64,000 nucleotides of DNA from an uncultured cyanobacterium. Lineage in GTDB: Bacteria; Acidobacteriota; Vicinamibacteria; Vicinamibacterales; UBA2999. The stretch covers positions 96,907 through 160,906 of the forward strand of contig CAWHWW010000021.1 in assembly GCA_963833135.1 (NCBI GenBank). The letters are read 5' to 3'. The notes under the pieces are model-generated. The model was given only the letters and a program-made list of their open reading frames with translations, searched no databases and had not been told where the DNA came from. A program made the translations under genes and the position numbers. Shown here one piece after another: positions 51,111 through 61,396 of this stretch; the stretch's first letter is position 1, and every line of letters begins with the position of its first letter.

Positions 51111-52884
51111 CCGCTGCGTTGCACGCGACCTTGCTGAGGCCCACCTCCGCGCTGCAGCGCGTCGGGGGACAGGTCGATCTCGAACAGCCGCGCGAACGCC
51201 GCCGAGCGTTCGGCCAGCTCCGCGGACCGCCCTGATCGACGACGCGCGCGCCGTCGAGCACGACGACGTGATCGGCGGCCATCGCCACCTCGCGCCGATG
51301 CGTGATCAGGATGGTCGTGCGGCCGCGCATCACCGCGCGCGAGCCTTCGATGACCTGGCGCTGCGCGATCGCATCGAGCGCCGCGGTCGGCTCGTCCATG
51401 ACGAGCACCGCCGGATCGGCCAGAAAGGCGCGCGCCAGCGCGATGCGCTGCCGCTCGCCGGCCGACACCGCCAGGCCGCGCTCGCCGACCATCGTCGCGT
51501 ATCCCTGCGGCAAGGCCCTGGATGAAATCGCGCGATGCCCGCCGCCTCGGCGGCTTTTCGCACGTCGTCGGTCGTCGCGCGCCGGCCGCACGTAGCGGAT
51601 GTTCTCCTCGATCGTCGCGTGCAGCAGCGTCGGCTCCTGCTCGACGAGGACGATGTGCCGGCGGACGCTCTCGAGCTGCAGCGTCGCGCAGATCGTGGCC
51701 GTCGAGGCGAACGACGCCGGCGTCCGGATCGAGCAACCGCGTCGCGAGATAGGCGATCGTCGACTTGCCGACGCCGCTGCCGCCGACGAGCGCCACGGTC
51801 TGTCCGGGCCGCGCCGTGAACGACACTTCGTCGAGCACGCGCGACTGGCGATCGGTCCCCAGCGACACCGCGTCGAAGCGTCAGCTCGCCGCTCGGCGTC
51901 GCGATCGCCTCGGCATCCGGCGCCTCGACGACGTCGATCGGGGCATCGAGAATCTCGAGCACCCGCGACCACGACACCTTGGCCGTCGCGAGGCTCGCGT
52001 AGAGGCCCATCAGCGCCTGCGCCGGCGCGAACACGCGCATCTGATAGGCGAGGAACGCGCCCATCGTGCCGAGCGTCAGCGAGCCGTCGATGACGCGCAT
52101 GCCGCCGTAGAAGAACGCGATCGCCGAGCCGATCGACAGCACGGTGCCCGGCAGGCCGCCGGCAAAATAGGTGACGCGCTGCATGCGCATCAGCGCCTCG
52201 ATGAACGCGCCGTTCAGACCGCGAAACCGATCCTGCTCGCGCTGCTGCGCGTTCGACGCGACGACGAGCGACGTCGCCTGCAGCGTCTCGATCAGGAAGC
52301 TGCCGATGTCGGCGCTGCGCTGCCGCAGATCGGCGACGCGGCTCTCGAGCCGCCGTCCGGTAGATAGGCCAGCGCGACGAGGCTGATCGGCAGCGGCGCC
52401 AGCGCGATGATCGCGAGCCGCCAGTCGAGCCACACCATCATCGACCAGGCTGCCGACCAGGAACAGCACGTTGCCGACCCAGGCGAGCGCGGCTTCCGCG
52501 GCGACCCGCTGGATCTCGCTGATGTCGTTGTTGAGCCGCGACGACGATGTCGCCCAGCCGGGTGCGCGCGTAGAAGCGCGGCGACAGCCGCTGCAGGTGC
52601 GCGTAGAGCGACAGGCGCATGTCGAACAGGATCTCCGCCGACACGCGCGTGTAGCGCAGGCCGCTCGTCACGTTGAGGATGAAGCCGAGGACGCCGAGCG
52701 CGACGAACCAGTAAACGATGCGCCGGAGCGCGTCGAGGTCGCGGCCGATCAGCGCGTGATCGATCAGATCTTTCGAGAGGTACGGAATGACCAGCGTGGT
52801 CGCGGTGCTGATCAGGCTGATCGCGAGAACGAGGACCAGGCGCCGCCAGTACGGGACCAGATAGGCGAACACTCGGCGATCCAT
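51107..52884 (-). CDS. qhpF: ABC exporter (permease-ATPase fusion) QhpF (heavily frameshifted)
   Basis: TMD in ORFs 52438..52884 and 51330..52469. Walker A 'GGSGVGKST' in ORF 51107..51868. Signature/Walker B '[32 protein letters not shown]' in ORF 50953..51972. Confidence 0.8.
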
Positions 52885-52887
52885 CTA

Positions 52888-54032
52888 TCACTTGCGCGGC
52901 AGGATGAACGAGCGTCGTCGTCTGATCCGCGTTCATCTCGATCGTGCGCAGCTTCTTGTACGACGCGGCGTCGTAGACATCGATGGTCGCGCCGGCCTGG
53001 TAGACGTAGAGCAGCCGGCCGTTCGACGACACGCGCAGCGCCATGCGCGGACGGCCGTCGAACGGCGTGCGGCCGAGCAGCTTCTTCTGCGCGACGTCGA
53101 ACGCCCAGAATTCGTAGCGGCCGATCTGCTGCATCAGGCCGTAGGCGCGCTTGCGATCGGCGCGTCATCGCGAAGCTGACGCCTTCGGCCGGACCAATCG
53201 GCGTGAGATCGATCGTCTTGGCGACGAGGTTGACGCGGCCGAGATTCATGATGCGGCGGTTCTGGATCGGATCCTGGGTCGTGAAGAGGCCCGTGAAGAA
53301 GCCGGGATCGTCGTTGAAGTCGTCGACCGAGCCGAAGTTGACGCGGCCGAGTCCCGGCTCGATCGGCCGGCTCAGCGGCCAGGTGTCGACTTCGGTGAAA
53401 TTCGTCGTCTCGAGGATCAACACGTCGTCGCCGAAGAAGTAGAGCAGCTTGCCGTCGGGCGAGAAGCGGATGTTGACGAACTCGCGCTCTTCGCCGCGCG
53501 GCCACGGAATGGTGCGCGTGATCTTCTTCTGCGCGAGATCGTAGAACTGCATCGCGATGTCGCCGATCTCCCAGCGATCGATCTGCTTGGTCGCGGATCG
53601 CGTCAGCAGGATCAGGAACCGCTCGAGCGGATCGACCTGCATGCCGCGGATGCGGACCTTCTTGTTGCCCTCGCTCAAGCGTGAACGTCGACAGCGAGGC
53701 GCGCGATCGGGATGTCGACGATCTCGATCTTCTCGAGCGTCGAATCGAGCACGTAGAACTTCGCGCGCGACTGCGACAGCGTCAGCGAGCGCGGAATGCC
53801 GGTCTGCAGCTTGATGTCGCCGATCTTCGTCTCGGTCGCCTCGTCGAAGATCTGGATCGTGCCGGCGTAGGTCCCGATGTACATCAGGTGGTCGCCGCCG
53901 TTGACGGCGAGCGGCGCGGCCGGCTTCTGTGCGCCGGCCTTCGCCGTCGGCTACCGGGCCGCCTACGCACAAGGCTACGGCGAGGCCGCCGACGCCAAAG
54001 GCTCCGGCGAGCCGGGCTCGGGTCTTGATCAT
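52888..54032 (-). CDS. qhpB: quinohemoprotein amine dehydrogenase beta subunit (beta-propeller; frameshifted)
   Basis: Colinear pieces are ORF 52812..54032 (signal peptide plus middle), ORF 53675..53884 and ORF 52292..53134. The hand-read end is '..TTTLVILPRK*'. The assignment rests on position after qhpC and on propeller-like repeats. Confidence 0.75.
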
Positions 54033-54396
54033 TTCTTCTTCTCGTCGGCGGGAAGATCAGATCGATCTTGCGCCAGTCCTTCTGCGCGGCCGCGCACTTC
54101 GCCGTCCAGTCGGGCGCGTGATTCAGCTGATCGGGCACCTGCGCCGGCCAGAAGCAGCCCATGTGGCAGTCGAACAGATCGCGCTCGACCGGCTGGCACA
54201 GGCCGGCGGTGCCGCCGTTGCGATCGGCTTCCCATCCCGGCGAGAAGACGAGCGAGCAGCCGTTGGGAATGTGCGGCGGCTCGGGCTGTTGCGGCGGGCC
54301 GCCCTGCTGCAGGGCCACGACGTCTCTTGTCGCTTCACGCGCGGTGACCGACTCGACACGAGCGGCCTTGCGATTCACCGGTGTCAGATGCTTCAT
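54029..54396 (-). CDS. qhpC: quinohemoprotein amine dehydrogenase gamma subunit precursor (CTQ / thioether cross-linked peptide)
   Basis: ORF 53884..54396: '..GCSLVFSPGWEADRNGGTAGLCQPVERDLFDCHMGCFWPAQVPD..'. Cys/Glu/Asp/Trp spacing is identical to characterised QhpC. The true stop is probably the TGA at 54029 ('..LPADEKKK*'), reached after a 1-nt frame correction near 54050. Confidence 0.85.
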
Positions 54397-55848
54397 GAGA
54401 CTTTCTCCGGAACCTCTTCGTCATCGAACTGCCGCAGGAACTCGGGATTCCTCTCCGCGATCTCACCGTAGATCTCGAGGCAGGTGTGCGTCCAGCCGCG
54501 AATCCATTCGCAGTAGTGCAGGTTGGGCCGGTTGGTCGATCCGTAGCGCGTGTGCGCTTCGTGATAACAGCCGCCGGCGCAAATCGGCCGCGCCCAGCAC
54601 GTCGCGCAGTCGGTCTTGCTCGCGATGTGATGCGTCTGCAGGAACTCCTGCTGCTTCTCCCACGACACGCCGTCGCTGCACGTTGCCGAGCGAATGATCC
54701 TCGGATCCGGCGAAGCGATGGCAGAGCGCGACCTCGCCGTCGGTGGACACGCCCATCAAGCCGATGCCCGCGCCGCACGGATACGCCTTCGCATGGCCGT
54801 GATGCAGTTCCTGCAGCGTCTCGCGGATGTTCGAGAAACCGTGATGGCGATTCTGCAGCGCGGCCTCGAGATAATCGCCGGCCAGATCGCGGAACTGCGC
54901 CAGCAGGTGATCGAAGCCGCCGTCCGAGATCGCATAGTCGCGTCCCGGCGCCGTCGTCACCGGCGCGAAGCCGACTTCCCAGAAGCCGAGCTCCTCGGTG
55001 AGGTGGCGATAGATCTTGCGGACGTCGAGCGTCTGCCGCGTCAGCGTGACGCGCGCGCCGATCGGACGCGAGCGATGCCGCGCCAGCAGCGCCTTGATCT
55101 TCGGCGCCGCCACCGCGTAGCTGCCGGCGCCGTTGTTGAAGACGCGGAACTTGTCCTGCATCTCCTCCGGGCCGTCGATCGAGATGGTCACGCCGACGCG
55201 CTCGTCGGCGAGGAACTCGATCACGTCCGGCCGCAGCAACGTCGCGTTGGTGGTCAGGCTGAAGTCGATGTCCTTCCCGACTTCCGCGGCCCGCCGACGC
55301 GCGTAGGCAATCGTCGACTTCAAGCACGTGGAAGTTCATCAACGTCTCGCCGCCGAAGAACGTGATGTGCGCGTGCGGGTTGTCGCGCGACTCGCGCAGC
55401 GCGAACTCGACCGCTCTCGCGCGCCGTCGCCTCGCTCATGAACTTCGGCTGCTTGCCGTTCTCGGTATCGACGATCTTGTCCTCGCCGTACTCGTAGCAA
55501 TAGGTGCAGGCCAGGTTGCACTGGTTGGTGACGTTGACGACCAGCGTCTGCAGCGGCACCGGCTTCAGCGGAATGATCTTCGGCGATCGGAGCCGGCCGC
55601 ACCGATGATTCGCCGAGCGCGCGGACGCGCTACAGCTCGGCGATCGTGTCGCCGACCTCCGCGGCATCGAACCGCGACGCCAGCTCGCGAGTCAAGTCGT
55701 CGACCGGGCGCGGACCGTCGGCCAGCGAATCGAGCATCGCCGACGAACAGTCGTCGAGCGCGAAGACCGCCGCGCTCGGCACCAGGTAGAGGAACCGGCG
55801 GCCGGCCGCCTCGAACGGATGAAACTCGCGCAGCGCGATACTGGTCAT
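54393..55848 (-). CDS. qhpD: radical SAM / SPASM peptide maturase QhpD (frameshifted)
   Basis: ATG at 55848 overlaps the qhpA stop. 'NVTNQCNLACTYCYEYGE' (CxxxCxxC) in ORF 55320..55667, middle in ORF 54463..55323, SPASM Cys cluster 'CATCWARPICAGGCYHE' in ORF 54393..54668. Confidence 0.85.
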
Positions 55849-57580
55849 TGGCCTACCGTCGGATCGAAGCGCATGTAGAGCGGCACGGTGACGAGCAGGT
55901 GCGCGCGGGCGCGCAGCGTCGACGCCGGCTTGCCCGCCGACCGCGTCGCCGGCCACTTTCGCGACGACCCACACATCGCCGATGTTGTTGCGGCTGCCGG
56001 AGCGCGCCGGATTCGGCCCGTCGACATTCGGCGTGAAGCGGCCCGTCGCTTCGTTCAACGTGCCGACGAACTTGATGTCGTCGTCGTTGTAGGTCGCGGC
56101 GTACTCCTCCATGCTCCACGCCGCGTCGACGAGGCCCAGCTCGATGTCGTCGGGCGAATCCGGCTTGCCGTCGGCGCCGTTGCTGTATCCCCACGCTTCG
56201 AACTGCGCGAGCATCTTCGGGAACGTGTTGCCGCCGACGCGCGCCATCGCCCAGTCGGGCTTCACCTTGATCGTGTCGATCTTGTCGTAGACGGCCAGCG
56301 CCTTCGGACGCGACGCGCCGGCCACGAACAGATCGCGCGCTCCGGCGGCGGCGGTCGCGGTGACGTCCACGGCGACCGTCGCGAGGTCTGGCGTCGCGCT
56401 CACGACGCGCGTCACGGTGATGCCGGGACCGAGATCGATGTCCGACGGTTCGAAGCGACGTGCCGAGGTTGGTCGCCGTAGATCTTCAGCTCCTGCGCCG
56501 ACGCGCCCTGGCGCAAGCGCCGTGCGATCGGTGCCGAGCACGCGCGTCTCGGCGCCGACGCGTTCGAGCTTCACGTCGATGCCGATCTCGTCGTAGCCAC
56601 CCGCAAACCAGCGGCCCTCCATCGACCGCCAGTTGCGATCGACCATCATCACTTCGCGCATCGCCGAGTCCGCGGCCTGGGTCGACGAGCTGCCGCGCCA
56701 CTGGTAGCCGGTGTAGACGATGGCGCGTCCGGTGCGCGTGATGGTTTCGCCCGTGCGCGCGACCCGATACGTCGCCGACGTCGTGAACTCTTCCGGCGAC
56801 GACGGGCTCGCGGTGATCGTGACGCGGCCGTAGATCGCGCCCTTGCCGAGCTCCCATCCGGTCATCGCCCACGTGCCGTCGAGCCGGGCCGGCCGCATGT
56901 TCGCCGACCATGCCGTCCACTCCGGCGTCTTCAGCGGGAAGGTCTTGGCCAGATGGTCGAGCGTTTTCTCGATCGGATGCCGATTGTCCGGCGGGCGTCC
57001 GTCGCTTGGTGCGTCACGCGGCGGCGGCGGGCCCGAGCGCCGGAACGCCTGGTTGTCGACCAGCGGATAGCAGTCCGCGATGCATCGCGATCAGCAGATC
57101 CCACTCGGTCTTCGTGCGCCGCTGCGAGATCACGCGGCCAAGCGAGTGGCACTTGTTGCACGTCGATTCCGCGTCGGCGTTCGCCGTGTACTTGAAATCG
57201 ATCAACCGCCGCTCGGCTTCCCACGCGGCCGGCTTCGCTTCTTCCGGCGCGAGGCCAAGATTCGTTCGACGAGGTACTTGACGACCTGTCGCGCTGTCGC
57301 CGGCTCGATGTTCAAGCCGTTGAGCGCCGCCATACGCTGGATGATCGTCTGCCATCCTTCCGGCGTGTTGCGGACTGAACGAGATACGCGACATCTGGCC
57401 CTTGTCGTCGGGCCGATGACAGGATCCGCACGCCTTCTGCACGGTCGCATCGGTGACCGGGATGCCTTCTTCCGGCTTGGCGGTCGGCGCGGCCGTCGGC
57501 TGCGGCGCCTGCGCGCGCAACGCAACCACGAGCGTCGCGGCAAGAACAAAAGTGGTGGCGGCAAGAGCTCGATTCCGCAT
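55845..57580 (-). CDS. qhpA: quinohemoprotein amine dehydrogenase alpha subunit, dihaem cytochrome c (frameshifted)
   Basis: ORF 57014..57580 carries the signal peptide and the CGSCH and CNKCH motifs. ORF 55630..56898 carries the following domains. The tail '..LLVTVPLYMRFDPTVGQ*' is in ORF 55845..56027. Confidence 0.85.
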
Positions 57581-57587
57581 GTGATTC

Positions 57588-57688
57588 TGAGCCTTCTGTG
57601 CCTTCCGCCTTCGCGCTTCGCGCTATGGCGGCAGTCTGCGGCCCTGGTGTCTTCCGCGCCTTCTGTGGCCCTCAGCTTTCTGTGGCCG
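57588..57688. repeat. word-repeat array (GCCTTCTGTGSC words), right bracket of the qhp operon
   Basis: 'gccttctgtgccttcc' (57591), 'gccttctgtggccct' (57658) and 'ctttctgtggcc' (57676). It fills the qhpG-qhpA gap. Confidence 0.9.
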
Positions 57689-59068
57689 TCATTCTGACAC
57701 AAGCCACCCGCGCGCAATCGCGGTCGCCACCGCGAACAGGAAGTCGGGTAATGGCGCGGATCCGGCCTTGCGAACGTAGGCGTCATACAAATCTGGCACG
57801 TGACTCGTCCCCGGCGCCAGCTCGACCAATGCGACGAGGTCGATGTTCCGCACGTAGCGGATTCCGCCGGGGTGCCGTGACGACACGAGGTGAGGCTCGA
57901 AGACAATCTCGCGGCCTCGAATGCAGGGTTTCGGCTGCACGCTCGCCGCCGATCCGATTCGGTGACGAAACGAATCGCGTGCCTTCAACTCATCGAAGGC
58001 CCGGCGAATCTCATCCTGGTCAGCCGCGTCCTCTGCCTCGCCATCGTCCGATCGCTCGTCCCAGAACGGGTGGTGATGGCCGGTCGCGGCGCCGGCAAGG
58101 AAGCGACGGCTCTCGCGCGACAGGTGCTGCTCGATCTCGTGTTCGCGCGCCGAAAAGAACTCGAAGGCGTGTACCCGCATCGACGGATTCGCAATCGCGG
58201 TGTGGACGGCGATCGCCGCGAGCCAGCCGGAGGCCAACGCCTTCTTCACTCCCGCGGAAGACAGCGGATCGATGAACGAGCCGGCGTCGCCCACGAGCAG
58301 CCATCGCTCTCCGGCGTAGGCGCTGGCGCGATACGGCGACGCATCGAACCCGCGAGGACCATCGGCGAGCCTGGCGTTGACGACCAGCTCCCTGAAGACG
58401 CGGGTCTTGTTGATCTCGGCGAGATAAACATCCGCAGCCGATCCGCCGCGCGCCAGTTCCGATCGCTGCGGATCGATCATCGCCGCGATGTGACGAACAC
58501 CGTCGGCGATTGGCAGCGACCACATCCAGCCGTCCTCGTACGATTCGATCAGCGTGTGCGAGTCGTCCGGCACCGGCCAGCGTTCAGCCCGCCACTCGCC
58601 GACCAGGGCAATCGTTCGCGGGCTGTCGTCGAATTGGCGCACGCCCGTGCGCCGCGCGATCACGCCGGCGCGGCCCGTGCAGTCGAGAACGAAATCTCCG
58701 GAGTACCCGGACACATCGAGTTCGGCGATCGTGGTTCGTTCGACGTGAACACCCGCCGCCAGAGCACGACCGAGCATCACCTCGGAGAGCAGTTCGACAT
58801 CGAGCTGCCACCCTCTCGCGCCCTCGGCGAACGGCTCGACGCGCGCGGCGGCTCCGCCCCACCACACCGTGTTGCCGGTGGAGCGAACGAAGCCGGCGCG
58901 CTCGATCGCATCGCTGACGCCGATCGTTTCGAACAGCTTGGCGCAGCTGGGGGGAATCGACACCGCGAGCCCGCGGCCCGGTGGCGGCCGCGTGATCAGG
59001 CGGACCGGGTGACCCCAGGCGGCGAGAAGGATCGACGCGGCTGCGCCCGCAGGCCCGCCGCCGAGCAC
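57689..59068 (-). CDS. qhpG: FAD-dependent monooxygenase QhpG-like
   Basis: Intact ORF with dinucleotide fold 'LGGGPAGAAASILLA'. The assignment rests on flavoprotein-monooxygenase-like sequence plus adjacency to qhpA. Confidence 0.7.
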   Translation of the reverse strand: MLGGGPAGAAASILLAAWGHPVRLITRPPPGRGLAVSIPPSCAKLFETIGVSDAIERAGFVRSTGNTVWWGGAAARVEPFAEGARGWQLDVELLSEVMLGRALAAGVHVERTTIAELDVSGYSGDFVLDCTGRAGVIARRTGVRQFDDSPRTIALVGEWRAERWPVPDDSHTLIESYEDGWMWSLPIADGVRHIAAMIDPQRSELARGGSAADVYLAEINKTRVFRELVVNARLADGPRGFDASPYRASAYAGERWLLVGDAGSFIDPLSSAGVKKALASGWLAAIAVHTAIANPSMRVHAFEFFSAREHEIEQHLSRESRRFLAGAATGHHHPFWDERSDDGEAEDAADQDEIRRAFDELKARDSFRHRIGSAASVQPKPCIRGREIVFEPHLVSSRHPGGIRYVRNIDLVALVELAPGTSHVPDLYDAYVRKAGSAPLPDFLFAVATAIARGWLVSE

Positions 59069-59073
59069 GATGA

Positions 59074-59928
59074 CTATTTCTTCTGCTCCACTTCGGCAAT
59101 GAAGGCGCGCGCCTCGCGGATCACGTCATCGGTGATTCCCATGTGGCCCTTGTCGGTGTAGTGCACGTAGCGATGCTGCACGCCCGCGGCCTTCAACTTC
59201 TCGACCATGTCGGCCGCCTGCTGCACCGGCACCGACTTGTCATCATCCGAATGAATCACCAGCAGCGGCTTCATCGACGGGCTCACGTGATTGATCGGCG
59301 ATGCATGGCGGCGCGCCTCTTCGACACCAGCCACCGGCTTGCCCTGAGCGGAGTCGAAGGGCGTCCACAGATTGCCCCACGACAGCGAATTCAATTCGTA
59401 GGTGGCGGCCACGCTGATCACTGCCTTGACGTCGGAGCGCGCCTTCTCCCAGCCGCCGACTCTCGGAAAGCCGGCTTCGCCGGCGGTCGCGAAGAGCGAG
59501 ACCATCTGGCCGCCGGCCGACTGGCCGATCAGATACACACGTTCCGGATCGATCCGGTACTCCTCGGCATGCGCGTGAAGCCAGCGAATCGCGCACAACA
59601 TGTCGAGATAGGGAGCAGGGGCGGGCGAACCGCCGACCAGCCGGTAGTCGATCGACATGGCGAAATAGCCGAACTCGGCCCACTGCGTCACCTTGATGCT
59701 GCTGGCGTCGGCGCGGTTGCCGGCGCGCCAGCGGCCGCCATGCACCGAGATGATGGCGGGCTTCAGCGATGGCCCGTCCGGATAGGCGATGTTCGCAAGA
59801 AGCGCGGCGCCTTCGACCCGCCCGTAGATGACGTCGGTCTTCGTGACGACCGGTGCGCTCGGTTGCGCGACGGCAAGCACGGGCGTCAGCGCGAGAAAAA
59901 TGGTGGCGACGAACACGTTACGCATCAA
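59074..59928 (-). CDS. secreted alpha/beta hydrolase (esterase/lipase type)
   Basis: Intact ORF: oxyanion 'SVHGGRW', nucleophile elbow 'GQSAGG', C-terminal 'DKGHMG'. Confidence 0.8.
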   Translation of the reverse strand: MMRNVFVATIFLALTPVLAVAQPSAPVVTKTDVIYGRVEGAALLANIAYPDGPSLKPAIISVHGGRWRAGNRADASSIKVTQWAEFGYFAMSIDYRLVGGSPAPAPYLDMLCAIRWLHAHAEEYRIDPERVYLIGQSAGGQMVSLFATAGEAGFPRVGGWEKARSDVKAVISVAATYELNSLSWGNLWTPFDSAQGKPVAGVEEARRHASPINHVSPSMKPLLVIHSDDDKSVPVQQAADMVEKLKAAGVQHRYVHYTDKGHMGITDDVIREARAFIAEVEQKK

Positions 59929-59952
59929 GCCTCCTCGTCGTGTGAACCGGCG

Positions 59953-61396
59953 TTACTTGACGTCGGCATCGAACGCACCGGTCACGATCGTTCCGGCGCG
60001 TTTCATCTGCACGAAAATCCGATATTGCCCGGGCTCAGGAAAGCCATATGGAAAGCTCACCGTCGCGGGCGGGGTCGTCACGTGCTGCGCGTGTCCAGTG
60101 TTCGACGGCATTGCCAGATCCAGCGCGGCCATCGGCGCCGATCCCGACGGATGCACGTGCGCAAACACCTTCAGATCCTTGCGGACGAAAATGGCGTGGC
60201 CCGGCATCCCCATGTAGAGCTCGAGATCCTTGACCGGCTCGCCATGTTCATCGTCCGCGCGGAAGGTGAACGTCGTCAGCCGTTTCGGCACGAGCGGCGT
60301 GTTGTCGCGCAGCCAGCTGATCTTGGTCCCGCCTTCGCTCTCCGCCGGACCAGAGCTGCGGCGCGGCAGGGTCTCGTCGCTTGCGGACCACGCGCTGTCG
60401 TCGCCCGACAACGGCACGCCTTGAATGCCCGCGGTCTCGATCTGCCCGGTGACCGTTTCTGATACGCCGGTCGCGTGCACCAGATCCGCGAACAGCTCGT
60501 AGTTGCCGGCCGGGATCGGCGGCAGGCGGTGCTCGAACGTTCCGGGCCCCGCTTCACGCGGATGCAGGTGCCACAAGCGATCCAGGGCCGGCGACATCAC
60601 GAACAGGTGCATCGGGTGGCCGTGATCGGGAACGAAATCGTCGAGGCGGCGGGAGCCGATCCATCCAGGGTCGGTCAGCGACAACGAGAGGGTCGAGTCG
60701 GGCATGACCCGCGGCGAGCCAATCAACGGCTTGTAGACGTAGCGATCGTACGCCGTCGCTTCAACGCTCCACCACATGCTGCCGAGATATGCGATGCCGA
60801 TGACGACGATCGTGGCGATCGCCCCGGCGATGCGACCGCGCCGCTTCGCGCGCGGATCGAGCGTCTCGCCCGCGCCGAGCTTCGCCTCTCTCGCCATCGC
60901 CGAGACGATGCCGACAAGTCCGCCGCCGAGCAGCAGCATGAACACGAAGAGGATGGCGCGCAGGCCCGGGCTCATCGCGAGCGTCGATTGCGGCAACGTC
61001 GGAACCGGCACCGACATCGTGCCCTCACCGCGATCGCCTTTGACGGTGATGCGCACCTGCCAGGCGCCGGCGCCCATCAGCCACAAGTGGCCGGTGAATA
61101 GTCTGGGATCGTCGTCGGAGCGGACCGCGCGATCCGGAACGGGCGCGAACTTCGCGCCGTCGCCGGTCAGCGGCAACGGGACGATGTGCACGTCACGGAC
61201 ATCGTCGCCGGTCGTCAGCACATCGACGTCGGCGACACCGGGAATCGCGATGCGGCGGCCTGACCGTGACCAGCAATCGATATGGGCCGGCGTGGGCCTC
61301 GAGAAACACGTCGGGGCTGCCGACGTGCGCGCGCGCCGGACATTGCAGCACTGTCGCGACGAACAGCGCTGCAACGAGAGCTGTGCGCGTCGTCAC
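59953..61396 (-). CDS. His/Met-rich secreted/membrane protein, possible metal (copper?) handling (frameshifted once)
   Basis: GTG at 61396 overlaps the upstream stop (GTGA). Signal peptide '..VLQCPARA' is followed by 'HVGSPDVFLEAHAGPY' (ORF 61193..61453). ORF 59953..61374 has two TM helices and the motifs 'HGHPMHLFVMS..WHLHP' and 'MGMPGHAIF..FAHVHPSG'. Confidence 0.5.

Noticed and set aside
53884-54028. C-terminal 50 residues of the 170-aa QhpC track ORF (Arg/Pro/Ser-rich tail).
   Set aside because: This is out-of-frame read-through across the qhpB start. A 1-nt correction gives a ~121-aa QhpC that ends with a TGA overlapping the qhpB ATG, matching the coupling seen at every other junction in the operon.
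57890-60462. Two long plus-strand ORFs (57890..59161 and 59143..60462).
   Set aside because: They are antisense to qhpG, the alpha/beta hydrolase and the His/Met-rich protein. No recognisable motifs.
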